DNA from: Dokdonella sp.
Lineage (GTDB): Bacteria > Pseudomonadota > Gammaproteobacteria > Xanthomonadales > Rhodanobacteraceae
Assembly: GCF_019634845.1 (NCBI RefSeq)
Contig: NZ_JAHCAQ010000011.1
Coordinates: 40,525 to 104,524 of the forward strand
DNA: 64,000 nt
Reading direction: 5' to 3'
Shown here: positions 24,874 through 37,069 of the stretch, piece after piece
Layout of the letters: every line of letters starts with the position of its first letter
Position numbering within the stretch: the first letter of the stretch is position 1
Made by a program: the position numbers and the translations under genes
The notes under the pieces: model-generated
Told to the model about the DNA's origin: nothing
What the model saw: the letters and a program-made list of their open reading frames with translations, nothing else
Databases searched by the model: none

Positions 24874-24962
24874 GTGAGGTGCACGCGGGGCGGGATGCGC
24901 AGCATAAGCCGTCACCGCAGTGCTGGCCACAGCAGGCCGGCCACGTTTGCTAGCATCGCAGG

Positions 24963-25514
24963 ATGAATCCCGCAGCCAACCTGTTCCTCGTCGGCCCGAT
25001 GGGCGCCGGCAAAAGCACGGTCGGCCGGCTCGTCGCCGACCGCCTGGGGCTGGCCTTCGTCGACCTCGACCACGAGATCGAGGCACGCAGCGGCGCCGCG
25101 ATTGCGCTCATCTTCGAGCTGGAGGGCGAGGCCGGGTTCCGCGCGCGCGAGTGCGCCGCGCTGGCCGATTGCACGGCGCGCGAGGGTATCGTGCTGGCCA
25201 CCGGTGGCGGCGCGATCCTCGACCCGACCAACCGCGAGCTGCTGCGCAGGCGCGGCTACGTGGCATGGCTCGACGCCGATGTCGAGACCCAGCTTGCCAG
25301 GCTGGCGCGTGACCGCAGCCGACCGTTGCTGCGCGCCGTCGATCGGCGCGAACGCCTCGTGGCGCTGGCGGCCGAGCGCAACCTGCTGTATGCACAGGTC
25401 GCCGATCTGCAGTTGCCCTCGCGCAGCCGGCGCAACAGCGCACAGGCGGCGCAGGAACTGTTGGCACAGTTGGCGCAGCAATGGCAGCGCCAAGGCCACG
25501 GAGTTCCCGCATGA
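24963..25514 (+). CDS. aroK: Shikimate kinase
   Basis: [34 protein letters not shown]. Confidence 0.97.
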   Translation: MNPAANLFLVGPMGAGKSTVGRLVADRLGLAFVDLDHEIEARSGAAIALIFELEGEAGFRARECAALADCTAREGIVLATGGGAILDPTNRELLRRRGYVAWLDADVETQLARLARDRSRPLLRAVDRRERLVALAAERNLLYAQVADLQLPSRSRRNSAQAAQELLAQLAQQWQRQGHGVPA

Positions 25515-26590
25515 GCGCCGTGCGTACGCTCGATGTCGCTCTTGGCGCACGCAGTTACCCGATCTGGATCGGCGCCGGCCTGCTGGCCGACAGCGCGCGC
25601 TGGCGCGCGCCGATCCGCGGCCGCCACGTGCTGGTGGTTACCAACACCACGGTGGCAGCGCTGTACCTGCAGCGCGTGCTGGCGGGCCTGGCCGGCCTGC
25701 AGCATGCCCATCTCGTGCTGCCCGACGGCGAGGCCCACAAGACGCTCGATGCCAGTGGCCAGATCTTTGCCGCGCTGGCCGCACTCGGTGCCAGCCGCGA
25801 CGCCACGATCCTGGCCCTCGGCGGCGGCGTGATCGGCGATCTGGCCGGGTTTGCCGCCGCCTCCTGGATGCGCGGCATCGACTTCATCCAGATGCCGACC
25901 ACCCTGCTGGCGATGGTCGATTCCTCGGTCGGAGGCAAGACCGGCGTCAACCTGCCGCAAGGCAAGAATCTCGTCGGCGCCTTCCACCAGCCCCGCGCCG
26001 TGGTGGCCGACACCGGCACGCTGGCCACCCTGCCGGTGCGCGAGTACCGCGCCGGGCTCGCCGAGGTGGTCAAGTACGGCGCCATCAACGACGCCGCGTT
26101 CTTCGCCTGGCTCGAAGTCCATGCCGACGCACTCGTGGCCCGCGACGAGGCTGCCCTCGCCGCCGCGATCCAGGCCAGCTGCCGCGCCAAGTCGGCCATC
26201 GTCGCCCGCGACGAGCACGAACGTGGCGAGCGCGCGCTGCTCAATTTCGGCCACAGCTTCGGCCATGCGCTGGAAACGGTGGCCGGCTACGGCACGCTGC
26301 TGCACGGCGAGGCCGTCGCGATCGGCATGCTGCAGGCGGCCACGCTGTCGACGCGGCTGGGCCGTGCCGATGCCGCCGACGCGACCCGCCTGGCGCGACT
26401 GCTGACGCGCCTGGGCCTGCCCGTGCAGGCGCCGCCGCTCGACGCCGCGGCGCTGCTCGCCGCGATGCGGCTCGACAAGAAGAACGAGGGTGGCCGCCTG
26501 CGCCTCATCCTGTGGCGCGGCATCGGCCAGGCCGAAATCGTCGACGCGGTGGCCGAGGACGAGGTCGCTGCGGTGCTGGCCGGCAGCTGA
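25511..26590 (+). CDS. aroB: 3-dehydroquinate synthase
   Basis: [63 protein letters not shown] overlap with aroK. Confidence 0.98.
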   Translation: MSAVRTLDVALGARSYPIWIGAGLLADSARWRAPIRGRHVLVVTNTTVAALYLQRVLAGLAGLQHAHLVLPDGEAHKTLDASGQIFAALAALGASRDATILALGGGVIGDLAGFAAASWMRGIDFIQMPTTLLAMVDSSVGGKTGVNLPQGKNLVGAFHQPRAVVADTGTLATLPVREYRAGLAEVVKYGAINDAAFFAWLEVHADALVARDEAALAAAIQASCRAKSAIVARDEHERGERALLNFGHSFGHALETVAGYGTLLHGEAVAIGMLQAATLSTRLGRADAADATRLARLLTRLGLPVQAPPLDAAALLAAMRLDKKNEGGRLRLILWRGIGQAEIVDAVAEDEVAAVLAGS

Positions 26591-26609
26591 TCGCGGCGCC
26601 ACGACGCAG

Positions 26610-26635
26610 GCTCCGGCCGCCTGGGCGGCCGGAGC
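26610..26635. terminator. GC-rich hairpin between convergent aroB and the TonB-dependent receptor gene
   Basis: gctccggccgc-ctgg-gcggccggagc, 11-bp stem; no U-tract. Confidence 0.5.
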
Positions 26636-26645
26636 TGCGCGGATA

Positions 26646-29051
26646 TCAGAACTTGTAGGCGAAGCGCGCGAACCAGGACGCGCCATTGAGACCGAACTGC
26701 ACCGCGTCGTACATGAAGCCGTTGTCGGTCTCGTCCGGATCCTGGCGGGTCGGGAACTGATCGAAGATGTTCTGGCCGCCGATCGTCAGCTTGGCATTCG
26801 CGTTGAAGTTGTAGGTCAGGCTGACGTCGGCCGATGTCTTGCTGGCATAGCGCGCATTGGGCACCGGCGGGCCCGAGAACGTGCCCAGCGTCATCGGACC
26901 GAAGTAGATGACCTTGAGGTCGGTTTCCCAGGCGCCGAAGGTGTAGTCGAAGCCGAGCACGGCCTTCGAGTGCGGCGCGCCGTTCTCGATGAACAGGCGG
27001 TCGCGTTCACCGAGCAGCGAATCCTCGCGTCCGACCAGCGAGGCTGGCGTATGCACGCGCTTGACCTCGGTGATCGAGCGATTGAAGCCGAGGAAGCTCT
27101 CGAGCCGCCCGTCGCCCAGATCCATCGCGTGGCTGATGGTCAGGTCCAGACCCTGCGTGCGCGTATCGACCGAGTTGACGAAGAACTGGGCCTCGCCCAC
27201 GCCGAGCTGTTCGAGGATCGCGCCGATATCGGGATCGGAGGTGTCGAAGCGACCGCTCAGCACGATGCGGTCGTCGATGTCGATGCGATAGCCGTCGAGC
27301 GTGACCGACAGCGCATCAGTCGGCTTCCAGGTGAAGCCGAGCGTCGCGTTGCGTGACTTTTCTTCCTTGAGGTCGGGGATGCCCGCCGCGCGCGCGATCG
27401 TGCCGCCGTTGGGCGCCAGCACCACATCGACCGGCTGGCCGCTGACGAAGTCGGTGAAGGTCGAGGAGAAGTAGCGCTGCTGCAACGATGGCGCCCGGAA
27501 GCCCGTGCTGAACGAACCACGCAGCAGGAACTGGTCGGTGACGCGGAACGCGCCGGCGAGCTTGCCGATCGTGGTCGAGCCGAAATCGCTGTAGCGCTCG
27601 TGGCGCACGGCCTGGTCGGTCATGAAGCGGTCGGTCCAGTCGATTTCGACGTCGCCGTACACGGCCCAGCTGTTGCGGCTCTTGTCGGTGGCGTCGCCGG
27701 GCTGGAAGCCGGGGAAGCCCTGGCTGCCCGCATTGCCGCCGCCGGGACCGTCCATGTCGATGTACGAACCCGGTTCGCCGGCGAAGATCTGGTAGTTCTC
27801 GCGGCGGAACTCGCCACCGAAGGCGACGTTGGCGCCCTGCATGAAGCCATCGAAGAAGCGCGAGAAGTCGAGGTTGGTGGTGGCCTGCGAGAACGAGAAG
27901 CCGCCCGCGTAGAAGTGGTCGGGGCTGATGCCGGTGCCGCCGTGCTCGAGATCGTAATTGGCGATCGACGCGTTGAGCGTGTGGCGGATCGTGTCGTTGA
28001 GCTTGTTGTAGCCGAACGTCTGCGAGGCATCGACGCGCCAGTCGTTCCAGTTCCACCAGATGCCGGCGCTGGCATGACGGTCCTGGATGTAGGGATCGAT
28101 GAACGGCACGAAGCCGCCCGGATACATCGCCGCCGAATTGCGCGAGGGGATGTCATCCGAGCCGATGCCACCGCGCGCGAATGCCGCCGAGGATGCGTCG
28201 CGGTTCTGGATGCCCGCGTTGAAGTAGAAATGTGCACTGTCGCCGAACGGGATGTCGCCGTTGGCGTAGAAGGTGCCGTTCTTGACTGCGGTGTCGCCGA
28301 TGATGCGCAGCGGATCGGCAGCGGTGGCACGGTTGGAACGGCCGCGGTCGAGGTATTCGCCGGTCAGCGCGATGACGCCCTGATTGCCGACCGCGAAGCC
28401 GCAATACCCCGAACCGAGGTAGTTCTCGCCGTCGCCGCGCGTGTACTGGCCGTAGCCGACCACCGCTTCGCAGCCGAGCTTGCGCTTGAGGGCGATGTTG
28501 ATCACGCCGGCGATGGCGTCCGAACCGTACTGTGCGGCCGCGCCATCGCGCAGGATCTCGACATTGTCGATGGCCAGCATCGGAATCGTGTTGAGGTCGG
28601 CACCGGTGTTGCCGCGGTTGCGCGCCCCGAACAGGTTGACCAGCGCGCTCGAATGCAGGCGCTTGCCGTTGACGAGGACGAGGGTCTGGTCCGAACCGAG
28701 CCCGCGCAGCGCGGCCGAGTCGACCGAGTCGGCGTTATCGGCGCCGGTCTGGCGGCCCGAGATGAACGAGGGCGCGGCGTATTCGAGCGTCTGCGCGAGA
28801 TCGAACGAGGCGCCCTGGTCAGCCGCCTTGCCCATCGGCAGCACATCGACCGGCACCGGTGTCTCGGTCTCCGAGGAGCGGTCGTAACGGCGCGACCCGA
28901 GCACCACGATGCCTTCGAGCTCGGTGGCCTTGTCGCTCGTCCTGTCGCCCTGCGGCGCGGCCGTCTGCGCGTGCAGCGGAGTGGTGCCCAGCGTGCTGCC
29001 CAGGCCGAAGATGGCGGCGCTGAGTGCCATCCAGATACGCGACCGTGCCAT
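26646..29051 (-). CDS. TonB-dependent outer-membrane receptor
   Basis: Signal peptide, TonB box EGIVVLGSR, plug LRGLG..TLVLVNGKR, VEILRDGAAAQYGSDAIAGVINI, TGFRAPSL, C-terminal YKF. Confidence 0.97.
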   Translation of the reverse strand: MARSRIWMALSAAIFGLGSTLGTTPLHAQTAAPQGDRTSDKATELEGIVVLGSRRYDRSSETETPVPVDVLPMGKAADQGASFDLAQTLEYAAPSFISGRQTGADNADSVDSAALRGLGSDQTLVLVNGKRLHSSALVNLFGARNRGNTGADLNTIPMLAIDNVEILRDGAAAQYGSDAIAGVINIALKRKLGCEAVVGYGQYTRGDGENYLGSGYCGFAVGNQGVIALTGEYLDRGRSNRATAADPLRIIGDTAVKNGTFYANGDIPFGDSAHFYFNAGIQNRDASSAAFARGGIGSDDIPSRNSAAMYPGGFVPFIDPYIQDRHASAGIWWNWNDWRVDASQTFGYNKLNDTIRHTLNASIANYDLEHGGTGISPDHFYAGGFSFSQATTNLDFSRFFDGFMQGANVAFGGEFRRENYQIFAGEPGSYIDMDGPGGGNAGSQGFPGFQPGDATDKSRNSWAVYGDVEIDWTDRFMTDQAVRHERYSDFGSTTIGKLAGAFRVTDQFLLRGSFSTGFRAPSLQQRYFSSTFTDFVSGQPVDVVLAPNGGTIARAAGIPDLKEEKSRNATLGFTWKPTDALSVTLDGYRIDIDDRIVLSGRFDTSDPDIGAILEQLGVGEAQFFVNSVDTRTQGLDLTISHAMDLGDGRLESFLGFNRSITEVKRVHTPASLVGREDSLLGERDRLFIENGAPHSKAVLGFDYTFGAWETDLKVIYFGPMTLGTFSGPPVPNARYASKTSADVSLTYNFNANAKLTIGGQNIFDQFPTRQDPDETDNGFMYDAVQFGLNGASWFARFAYKF

Positions 29052-29186
29052 ACGTCTCTCCAACGAATTTTTAAGGTTCGTAGCCTACCCGGTTCGCGCG
29101 CTGGCCGACAAGGCGGGGGGGCTGCGACAACATGCCGCACTGGGCTGACGCCCTGCGGATGGCCCGGCTACAATCCCGCGCTCACC

Positions 29187-29444
29187 ATGCGCGTCTTCAT
29201 GCAAACCCCGGCCGCGGGCGCCGATGTCCCGCGCTACTACCAGCTCGTGCTCGAGCAGGACCTGCTCGGCGGCTGGACCTTGTTCCGTGAATGGGGCCAG
29301 CAGGGCGCCCACCGCGCGAGCAGCAAACGCGAGCAGTTTCTCGAGCGCGACGCGGCACTGGCGGCGTTCGAGCGCGCGCGCGATGCCCAGCTCGGTCGCG
29401 GCTTCCGCGTCATGTTCAGCCAGGGCTTCGATGGCCCGCGCTAG
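29187..29444 (+). CDS. Stand-alone WGR-domain protein
   Basis: RYYQLVLEQDLLGGWTLFREWGQQG...RGF; seen as the tail of the 27600 shadow ORF. Confidence 0.9.
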   Translation: MRVFMQTPAAGADVPRYYQLVLEQDLLGGWTLFREWGQQGAHRASSKREQFLERDAALAAFERARDAQLGRGFRVMFSQGFDGPR

Positions 29445-29528
29445 GCGGCGCGCCGCCCGCCTGCGCCCGACCGCATCAACCCACTCGCAGGCACCGCTGT
29501 CGCGTGCCTGCCTCGACGAGGCCTCTGC

Positions 29529-30578
29529 ATGACCCCGACCGACCATCGCTTCCTGCGCGCGCTGCGGCGCGAGAGCGTCGACGCCACGCCGATCTGGATC
29601 ATGCGTCAGGCGGGGCGCTACCTGCCCGAGTATCGCGCCACGCGGGCCCGGGCCGGCAGCTTCCTCGCGCTCGCGCAAACGCCCGAGCTGGCCTGCGAAG
29701 TCACCTTGCAACCGCTGCGCCGCTTCGCGCTCGACGCCGCGATCCTGTTCTCCGACATCCTCACCGTGCCCGATGCGATGGGCCTGGGGCTGCAGTTCGT
29801 CGAGGGCGAAGGCCCCAAGTTCGCGCGCCCGCTGCGCGATGCGGCGGCGATCCGCGCGCTCGGCGTGCCCGATCCCGAAACGAGCCTGCGCTATGTGATG
29901 GACGCGGTGCGCCTGATCCGCCACGAACTCGCCGACCGCGCGCCGCTGATCGGCTTCGCCGGCAGCCCGTGGACACTGGCCTGCTACATGATCGAGGGCG
30001 CCGGCTCGGCAAGCTTTGCCCGCGCCAAGGCGCTCGCGCTGCAGGACCCGGCGCTCATGCACCACCTGCTCGACGTGCTGGCGCGCAGCGTGGCCACCTA
30101 CCTGGCCGCGCAGGCAGCCGCCGGCGCGCAGGCGCTGATGGTGTTCGACACCTGGGGCGGCCTGCTGGCGCCGGCGATGTTTCGCGAGTTCTCGCTGCGC
30201 TGGCTCGACCAGATCGTCGCGCAGTTGCGCACGCTGGCACCGGGCCTGCCGGTGATCCTGTTCGCGAAAGGCGCCCATGCGCATCTGGAAGGCCTCGCCG
30301 ACAGCGGTTGCGCCGCGCTGGGCCTGGACTGGACCATCGACATCGCCGAGGCGCGCACGCGTGTCGGCGAGCGGGTGGCGCTGCAGGGCAACCTCGATCC
30401 GGCCGTGCTGGCCGCCAGCCCCGATGCGATCCGCGCGCAGGCACGTGCCGTACTCGACGGCTTCGGTCCGCATCCCGGCCACATCTTCAACCTCGGCCAC
30501 GGCATCACGCCCGACATCGACCCCGAGCATGTGAGCGTGCTCGTCGATGCGGTGCATGCGCTGAGCCGGCGCGGCTGA
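29529..30578 (+). CDS. hemE: Uroporphyrinogen decarboxylase
   Basis: [52 protein letters not shown]. Confidence 0.99.
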   Translation: MTPTDHRFLRALRRESVDATPIWIMRQAGRYLPEYRATRARAGSFLALAQTPELACEVTLQPLRRFALDAAILFSDILTVPDAMGLGLQFVEGEGPKFARPLRDAAAIRALGVPDPETSLRYVMDAVRLIRHELADRAPLIGFAGSPWTLACYMIEGAGSASFARAKALALQDPALMHHLLDVLARSVATYLAAQAAAGAQALMVFDTWGGLLAPAMFREFSLRWLDQIVAQLRTLAPGLPVILFAKGAHAHLEGLADSGCAALGLDWTIDIAEARTRVGERVALQGNLDPAVLAASPDAIRAQARAVLDGFGPHPGHIFNLGHGITPDIDPEHVSVLVDAVHALSRRG

Positions 30579-30594
30579 GGTCGGCGCGGCCCGC

Positions 30595-33500
30595 TCAGCT
30601 TCGCCGCGGCGTCATGCCGTCCCCGCACACCTCGGCGATCGCGGCGGCGAGCAGCGCGCCGGTCAGCGGCTTGCGCAGCAGCGCGTTCATGCCGGCGGCT
30701 CGGACCTGCGCTTCCTCGTCACCGACCGAGCGCGCGGTGACCGCGATGAGCGGCAGCGTCGGCGCGATGCCGGCGCGGATCATGCGCGCCAGTTGCAGGC
30801 CGTCGATGCCCGGCAGGTCGAGATCGAGCAGGGCCAGCTCGCAGTTCCCGCTCTTGAGCTCGGCCAGCGCGGCCAGGCCGTTGTCGACATGGCGCACGCG
30901 ATGCCCGAGCTTGGCCAGCAGGCCAGCGATGACCTGCCCCACCGTCGCATCGTCCTCGACCAGCAGCACCGACAGCGTGCGTCCGCTCGGCGCGGCCGCA
31001 GGCGCAGGCTCCGCCGCCACGACCTCGCGGATCGGCAAGCTCAGCACGAAGCGACTGCCCTGCCCGGGGCTGCTCGTCACGGTCAGCGCGCCGTCCATGA
31101 GTGCCGCAAGGTCGCGGCTGATGGCGAGCCCCAACCCGCTGCCGCCATGCCGGCTGGCGATGCCCGCGGCCTGCTCGAAACGCGTGAACAATCGCTCGAG
31201 CTGCGCCGCGGTCATGCCGGGGCCGGTGTCGGCGACCACGAAGCGCAGGTCGGCGTCGATGCGTTCGAGGCTGAGGTCGACGCGGCCGCGCTCGGTGAAC
31301 TTGAGCGCATTGCCGACAAGGTTGAGCAGGATCTGCTCGATGCGCAGCGCATCACCCTCGATGCGGGCGGGTACGCCCGCTCCGATCTGCAAGCCCAGTT
31401 CGAGCCCCTTGCGCACCGCGAGCGGGCGCTGCAACTGCGCCACCGCGCGCAGCAACGCGGCCGGATCGAGCGGCTGTCGCTCCAGCAGCAGCCGGCCGGC
31501 CTCGATGCGGGCGAGGTCGAGGCTGTCGTTGACGATGCGCAGCAGCAGCTCGCCCGACTGGTGGATGGCGCCGACATAACCACGCTGGCGCTCGTCGAGC
31601 GGTGTCGCCAGCAACAGCTCGCTCATGCCGAGCACGCCGGTCATCGGCGTGCGGATCTCGTGGCCCATGTTGGCAAGGAAGGTCGACTTGGCTTCGCTGA
31701 CCTGTTCACTCGCGCGGCGCAGCTCCTCGGCCAGCTCGAGCGCATGGCGCCGCCGCACGCGCTCGCGCCAGCCGCGCAGCGCGACCAGCAGCAGACCGCC
31801 ACCAGCCAGCACATACAGCGCATAGGCCATCGGCGTATCCCATGGCGCGCGGGCCACCCGCACGATGAGCGGCGCCGGCAGCTCCACCACGTTGCCGCTG
31901 CCACTGCGCGCGCGCACCTGCAGCCGGTAGCGACCGGGTGGCAGGCGCGACCAGATGCGCTCGCCGTTGTCGGCCACGGTCCACTCTTCCTCCAGACCGT
32001 CGAGGCGGAACTGATAGCGCGTCGATAGCGGATCGACGTAGCTCAACGCACGGGCCCGCACGCGCAGGTTGCTGTCGTCGTGCGCCAGCTCGAGCGCCTG
32101 CGCCGGATCGAGGTCGAGCGTGTGCCCGTTGCGCTGCACATCGAGCGTGGTGAGGCGCAGCAGCGGTGGCCGCACATCGCTGCGCAACGCGCTCGGATCG
32201 AACGCGAGCACGCCACCGAGCGTGCCCGCGAACAGGTTGCCCTCGGCATCGGCAACCAGCGCCCCGCCGAGGAACTCCTGGCTCGGCAGGCCTTCGTGGA
32301 GATCGAACTTGCGCACCTCGCGCGTGTGCGGATCGACGCGGAACAGGCCGCGCAGGGACGTGATCCACAGCGCGCCATCGCGCCCCACCAGCAACGCCGC
32401 CGCCTTGAGCGCGGGCCAGTCGGCGCCGACCGCAACCGACTGCAGCGGCACCAACTGGTCGCGCTCGACGCGATAGGACTGCAACGCGCCGAGCCACTCG
32501 TGTACCCACAACGTGCCGTCGGGTGCGAACGCCAACGCATCGACGGCGCCGCCGTGCGCCCCCGCCACCGGCCCGAACGCATCGCGCGCAGGGTCGTGGC
32601 GTTCGATGCCGCCGAGCGTGGCCAGCCACGGCACGTCGTTGGCGTCGAGCACGAGCGCCAGCACGTCGGCATTGCCGAGCGTGCGCGTCGCCGGCAGGTA
32701 GCGGCGCTGCACGCGTGGCGGTTCGCCGACGATGCGGGCGATGCCGCCGCCGTGGGCGCTCACCCACAGGCTGCCGTCGCGCGCCAATGCCATGCGATCG
32801 ATGAAACCCGGCGGCAGCGCATCGTCGCGGCGCAGGTCGACCGCGATGTCCACGCTCGCGCCGCTGCCCAGCGACTGCCGGCGCAGGCCGCGCTGGAAGC
32901 CGAGCCACAGGGTGTCGGCATCGGCCACCAGCAGCGCGGTCAGGCGCTGGCGGCCGATGCGCAGGCGCTCGCCATGGCGTTCGATCACGCCGGTGGCGCG
33001 GTCGATGCGATCGATGCCGTCGTTGCCGGTGCCGACCCATACCGCGCGCATGCCGTCGATCGCGAGTGCCCGCGCCCGCGCATGGGTGAGGCTCGCCGCG
33101 GTGCCGGGCAGATGGCGGAACACGGCGAAGTTGCGCCAGTGCGGCGGCAGCCGCGCCAGGCCACCGTCGAACAGCGAGAACCACACGCCGCCCTCGCGGT
33201 CGGCCATCACGTCCATCGTGTTGGTGCCTGGGTAGGAGCCGGTGATGGCCTCGTCGCCGCCATGCCGCATGAGGCGGCCATCGGCGTCGATGTGTGCCAC
33301 GCCGGTGAGCAGGCCGATCCACAGGTCGCCGTCGCCACCGCGCGCGAACGAGGTCGCCGCCAGCGGCGGTGTCGCGCTGCCGAGCTCGCGATCGAACCGC
33401 AGGTCGCCACCGATGCGGAACACGCCCTTGCGCGTGCCGACGATCGCACCGTCGCCGTCGGCGCCCAGGCCCAGCACGGTGGATGGTCCGGGACGCTCCT

Positions 33501-34152
33501 GCAAGGCCGGAATGTCGACATGCACGATGCGCCCATCGGCCTCGCGCACGTCGAGCCCTGCATCGGTGCCGATCCACAGCCGGCCCGAAGCAGGCGCGAG
33601 CAGCGCATACACGCTGCTCGAGCGCAGCGTGCCGGCGTCCTCCTCGTCGTGGTCGACGTGGCTGAAGCCACCATCGGCATCGAGGCGGCTGACGCCGCCA
33701 TCGTAGGTGCCGACCCAGATCGCGCCGCTGGCGTCCTGCACGATCGTGCTGAGGTCGTCGCTGGCCAGCGAGCGCAGGTCGCCGGCGCGGTGGCGCCAAT
33801 GGCGGAAGCGCGTGCCATCGGGCTCGAGTCGATTGAGACCCGACGCCTCGCCGCCACACCACAGCCGGCCATCGCGATCGACCAGCAACGCCGACACGTC
33901 ATTGGAGGCAATCGAAGCCGGCTCGGCCGGATCGTGGCGATAGATGCGGAAGTCGACACCATCGTAGCGGGCCAGGCCATCCTGGCTGCCGATCCAGATG
34001 AAGCCGTCGTGGTCCTGCACGGCCTTGTACACCACGCTCGATGGCAGGCCGTCGTTGACGCGCATCGACACGAACTGCGGCGGCGCCGGCGGCACGCCGG
34101 CCTGCGCCAGCATTCCCAGCATCAGCAGCGGCATGACTAGCAGGCGGCGCAT
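30595..34152 (-). CDS. Hybrid sensor histidine kinase with periplasmic beta-propeller (Reg_prop) and Y_Y_Y domain
   Basis: Signal, GLPSS.V, repeated D..G.(I/L)[27 protein letters not shown] after [11 protein letters not shown], receiver LLVEDD. Confidence 0.95.
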   Translation of the reverse strand: MRRLLVMPLLMLGMLAQAGVPPAPPQFVSMRVNDGLPSSVVYKAVQDHDGFIWIGSQDGLARYDGVDFRIYRHDPAEPASIASNDVSALLVDRDGRLWCGGEASGLNRLEPDGTRFRHWRHRAGDLRSLASDDLSTIVQDASGAIWVGTYDGGVSRLDADGGFSHVDHDEEDAGTLRSSSVYALLAPASGRLWIGTDAGLDVREADGRIVHVDIPALQERPGPSTVLGLGADGDGAIVGTRKGVFRIGGDLRFDRELGSATPPLAATSFARGGDGDLWIGLLTGVAHIDADGRLMRHGGDEAITGSYPGTNTMDVMADREGGVWFSLFDGGLARLPPHWRNFAVFRHLPGTAASLTHARARALAIDGMRAVWVGTGNDGIDRIDRATGVIERHGERLRIGRQRLTALLVADADTLWLGFQRGLRRQSLGSGASVDIAVDLRRDDALPPGFIDRMALARDGSLWVSAHGGGIARIVGEPPRVQRRYLPATRTLGNADVLALVLDANDVPWLATLGGIERHDPARDAFGPVAGAHGGAVDALAFAPDGTLWVHEWLGALQSYRVERDQLVPLQSVAVGADWPALKAAALLVGRDGALWITSLRGLFRVDPHTREVRKFDLHEGLPSQEFLGGALVADAEGNLFAGTLGGVLAFDPSALRSDVRPPLLRLTTLDVQRNGHTLDLDPAQALELAHDDSNLRVRARALSYVDPLSTRYQFRLDGLEEEWTVADNGERIWSRLPPGRYRLQVRARSGSGNVVELPAPLIVRVARAPWDTPMAYALYVLAGGGLLLVALRGWRERVRRRHALELAEELRRASEQVSEAKSTFLANMGHEIRTPMTGVLGMSELLLATPLDERQRGYVGAIHQSGELLLRIVNDSLDLARIEAGRLLLERQPLDPAALLRAVAQLQRPLAVRKGLELGLQIGAGVPARIEGDALRIEQILLNLVGNALKFTERGRVDLSLERIDADLRFVVADTGPGMTAAQLERLFTRFEQAAGIASRHGGSGLGLAISRDLAALMDGALTVTSSPGQGSRFVLSLPIREVVAAEPAPAAAPSGRTLSVLLVEDDATVGQVIAGLLAKLGHRVRHVDNGLAALAELKSGNCELALLDLDLPGIDGLQLARMIRAGIAPTLPLIAVTARSVGDEEAQVRAAGMNALLRKPLTGALLAAAIAEVCGDGMTPRRS

Positions 34153-34254
34153 GCTCCCCTCCCTGCGCGCGATACTGCCACGCAATGGCGCCGCGGTCAG
34201 GTGGCGCGCCCGCTGCCGGCCAACCTGGCCGCGACGCTGGCATAGAATCGGCGC

Positions 34255-35763
34255 ATGCCCAGCTCCCGCCTGCCTCTGCGTCTCGTGCTGCTTGCCGCGC
34301 TTGCGATTGCCGCCGCCTTGCTGCTCGGCTTCGTGGTCGCCACGCTCAACAACCTGCTCGAGTTCTACGCGCGCGTCGCCGCGTTGCCGGTGTGGCTGCG
34401 GCTGCCGCTGCTCGTGCTCGGCGCCGTGCTGGTCAGCGGCATCGGCTACCTGCTGTGGCGCCTAGCGCGTCCCGCGCGCGGCCGTTCGACGCTGGCCACC
34501 ACGCCAGCATTGTCGCGCGACGAAGTTGCGGCGCGCGTCGATGCACTGCGCGAGCGCGCCGTCGACACCAGCGCGCTGCAGGCGGAGCTGACCGAACTCG
34601 ACCGCCGCCGCGACAGCGGCGAGCTCTACGTCGCGCTGTTCGGCGAGATCTCGAGCGGCAAATCGAGCCTGATCCGCGCGCTCGCGCCGCAGGCGGCGGT
34701 CGACGTCGACGTGCGCGGCGGCACCACCACGAGCGTCAGCCTGCACCACGGCCAGCTCGCCGATGGCCGCACGCTGGTGCTGGCCGACGTGCCCGGCAGC
34801 AACGAGGTCGATGGTGCGCCACGCGAACAGTTGGCGCGCGCCGAGGCGCTGCGCGCGCATGTGGTGGTGTACCTGACCGACGGCGACATCGGCCGCGCCC
34901 AGGACCATGAACTGCGCTGGCTGGCACAGTTCGGCAAGCCACTCGTGCTTGCGCTCAACAAGGCCGATGCCTACGACGCGGGCGAGCGCGCCGCGCTGCT
35001 GGCACGGCTGGGCGAGCGCTACCGCAGCTGCACCCGCGCCATCGTCGCGATCAGCGCAGGCGGCAGCGAGCGCTACGAGCGCGTGCTCGCCGATGGGCGA
35101 CGCGAGCGCGTCGAACGCGAGCGCGTGCCCGACATCGCGGCGCTGACCGCGGCGCTGGCGCGCGTCACCGCCGGCGGTGCCATCGCGCTCGAGGGCGCCC
35201 GCGAAGCAGCAGTGCTGGCCGAGGTCGGCCGCCGCGGCGACGAACTCGCGCGCGCCGCGGCAGCGGACGAGGCCGAGCTCGCGATCGGCAAGTACACGCG
35301 GCGCGCCGTGGTCGGCGCGCTCGCCGCGGTGGCGCCGGGCAGCGACATCCTGATCCAGGGCGCACTCGCCACCGGTCTCGTGCGCGAGCTGGCGCGCATC
35401 CACGGCGTCGCCGTGCGCGAGATCGACATCGAAGCGATGCTCGGGCGCGTAGGCCTCACCGTGCGCAGCACGGGCGCGCTCGTGCTCGCGATCGTCGGCA
35501 ATGCGCTCAAGGCGTTCCCTGGCCTTGGCACGCTCGGTGGTGGCGTGCTGCACGCGATCGCCTACGGTCTGGTGTTCGACAGCCTCGGCCACGCCTTGGC
35601 CGACACGCTGGCCGCACATGCCGCGCTCGATGCCGCCGACGTCCAGACGCGGCTGCGTGCGCTGCTGGCACAACCGCCGCGCGAACGCATCGAGCGCGTC
35701 ACGCGCCTCGCGCTGGAGGCACTGCGCGAACGCGAGGCACGGCCGCCCGATCGCGCCGAGTGA
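34255..35763 (+). CDS. Membrane-anchored Era/MMR_HSR1-like GTPase with C-terminal DUF697/YcjF-like region
   Basis: Two N-terminal TMs; [21 protein letters not shown]; Gly/Ala-rich hydrophobic C-terminal helices. Confidence 0.85.
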   Translation: MPSSRLPLRLVLLAALAIAAALLLGFVVATLNNLLEFYARVAALPVWLRLPLLVLGAVLVSGIGYLLWRLARPARGRSTLATTPALSRDEVAARVDALRERAVDTSALQAELTELDRRRDSGELYVALFGEISSGKSSLIRALAPQAAVDVDVRGGTTTSVSLHHGQLADGRTLVLADVPGSNEVDGAPREQLARAEALRAHVVVYLTDGDIGRAQDHELRWLAQFGKPLVLALNKADAYDAGERAALLARLGERYRSCTRAIVAISAGGSERYERVLADGRRERVERERVPDIAALTAALARVTAGGAIALEGAREAAVLAEVGRRGDELARAAAADEAELAIGKYTRRAVVGALAAVAPGSDILIQGALATGLVRELARIHGVAVREIDIEAMLGRVGLTVRSTGALVLAIVGNALKAFPGLGTLGGGVLHAIAYGLVFDSLGHALADTLAAHAALDAADVQTRLRALLAQPPRERIERVTRLALEALREREARPPDRAE

Positions 35764-35866
35764 GCGCGCCGCCGCGCGGCAGCCACCCGACCGGGCCGAC
35801 GCACCGCAACGCAGTGTTCACGGCCGGGCGCTGGCGGCGGTCGGCGATTCTTGCCAAGCTCACCGC

Positions 35867-36502
35867 ATGTGGTACCCCCGAACCGACCCACGGCGGCGCC
35901 GGCCGCTGACGCGCAGCGTAGCGCTCGCCCTCGCGGCCATCGCGGGCAACTCGGCCGCGGCGACCGACTGGCGCTTCGACCTGCCCCATTCGCAGATCCT
36001 GTTCAGCGTCGACCACCAGGGCTATTCGAGCGCGCTCGGGCGCCTGCACATCAAGGACGGCATCTTCACGTTCAGTGGGCGAGACTGGGCCAGCGCGCGC
36101 GTCGACGTCGTGATCGACATGACGAGCGTCGACCTTGGCGATGCCAGCCTCGATGCCGCCGCGCGTTCGTCGGCACTGCTCGACACCGCGCGCTGGCCGA
36201 CCGCGCGCTACACGAGCACGCGCGTCGAAGCGCGCGACGCCAACCACGCGATCGTGCATGGCCAACTGCACTGGCGCGGGCACCAGCAGCCGGTGGATCT
36301 CGCCGTGACGTTGAACCGCATCGCACCCGACCCATATTCGTTGCGGCGCAAGAGCGGCTTTTCGGCCACGGCCACGCTCGCGCGCGAGAACTTCGGCATG
36401 ACGCGTCATGCCAACGCGATCGGCAACCTCGTCACGCTGCGCATCGAGGTCGAAGGTGTTCGCAGCCGGCACACGGAGATACCCGATGACCCTCAAGAGT
36501 GA
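35867..36502 (+). CDS. YceI family periplasmic lipid/isoprenoid-binding protein
   Basis: Signal, then W..D..HS.I.F.V.H.G.S, IDMTSVD, LDTARWP.A.Y.S, GFSATA.L.R..FGM. Confidence 0.9.
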   Translation: MWYPRTDPRRRRPLTRSVALALAAIAGNSAAATDWRFDLPHSQILFSVDHQGYSSALGRLHIKDGIFTFSGRDWASARVDVVIDMTSVDLGDASLDAAARSSALLDTARWPTARYTSTRVEARDANHAIVHGQLHWRGHQQPVDLAVTLNRIAPDPYSLRRKSGFSATATLARENFGMTRHANAIGNLVTLRIEVEGVRSRHTEIPDDPQE

Positions 36503-37067
36503 CGCCCTCGGCTGGGGCAGCCTGGCCAAGCTGTTCCACTGGAGCGTGGTGATCCTGCTGCTGGTGCAGGGCGTGCTCGGCCTCGTGATGGTGGAACTGC
36601 CCAAGCGGCCGAACGTGATCCCGGTGTTCAACTTCCACAAGTCGCTCGGCCTCACGATCCTGCTGCTGGCCCTGCTGCGCCTGGGCTGGCGCCTTCTCGA
36701 CCGCCATCCGCAGCCACCGCCCGGCATGCCGCGCTGGCAGGTGCACGGCGCCAACGCCGGTCACGCCTTGCTGTATGGCCTGTTGTTCGCGGTGCCGATC
36801 ACGGGTTGGGCGTTCGACTCGGCGACCTCGCTGCGACCGCTGTTCTGGTGGGGACTGGTCCAGATGCCCAATCTCACGGGCGGCGCCAGCCAGACGCTCA
36901 AGCCGATCTTCCAGGCCGCCCACGAATGGCTGTTCTTCGCGCTCGTGCTGGTCGCCGCAGGGCACGCCGCGGTCGCCCTCGTTCATCATTTCGTCAACCG
37001 CGACGATGTGCTGCGGCGCATGCTGCCGGGACGTCGCGCGCCTTCCCGCAGCCCAACGGAGTCCTGA
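36486..37067 (+). CDS. Cytochrome b561 (YceJ/CybB-like)
   Basis: KLFHW, HKSLGLTIL, GHALLY, AHEW, GHAAVALVHHF..RD.VLRRMLP. Confidence 0.93.
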   Translation: MTLKSDALGWGSLAKLFHWSVVILLLVQGVLGLVMVELPKRPNVIPVFNFHKSLGLTILLLALLRLGWRLLDRHPQPPPGMPRWQVHGANAGHALLYGLLFAVPITGWAFDSATSLRPLFWWGLVQMPNLTGGASQTLKPIFQAAHEWLFFALVLVAAGHAAVALVHHFVNRDDVLRRMLPGRRAPSRSPTES

Positions 37068-37069
37068 TC

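Noticed and set aside
30595..34152. Large propeller hybrid kinase as a novel system
   Set aside because: Reg_prop/Y_Y_Y hybrid kinases are a common, described architecture in Xanthomonadales.
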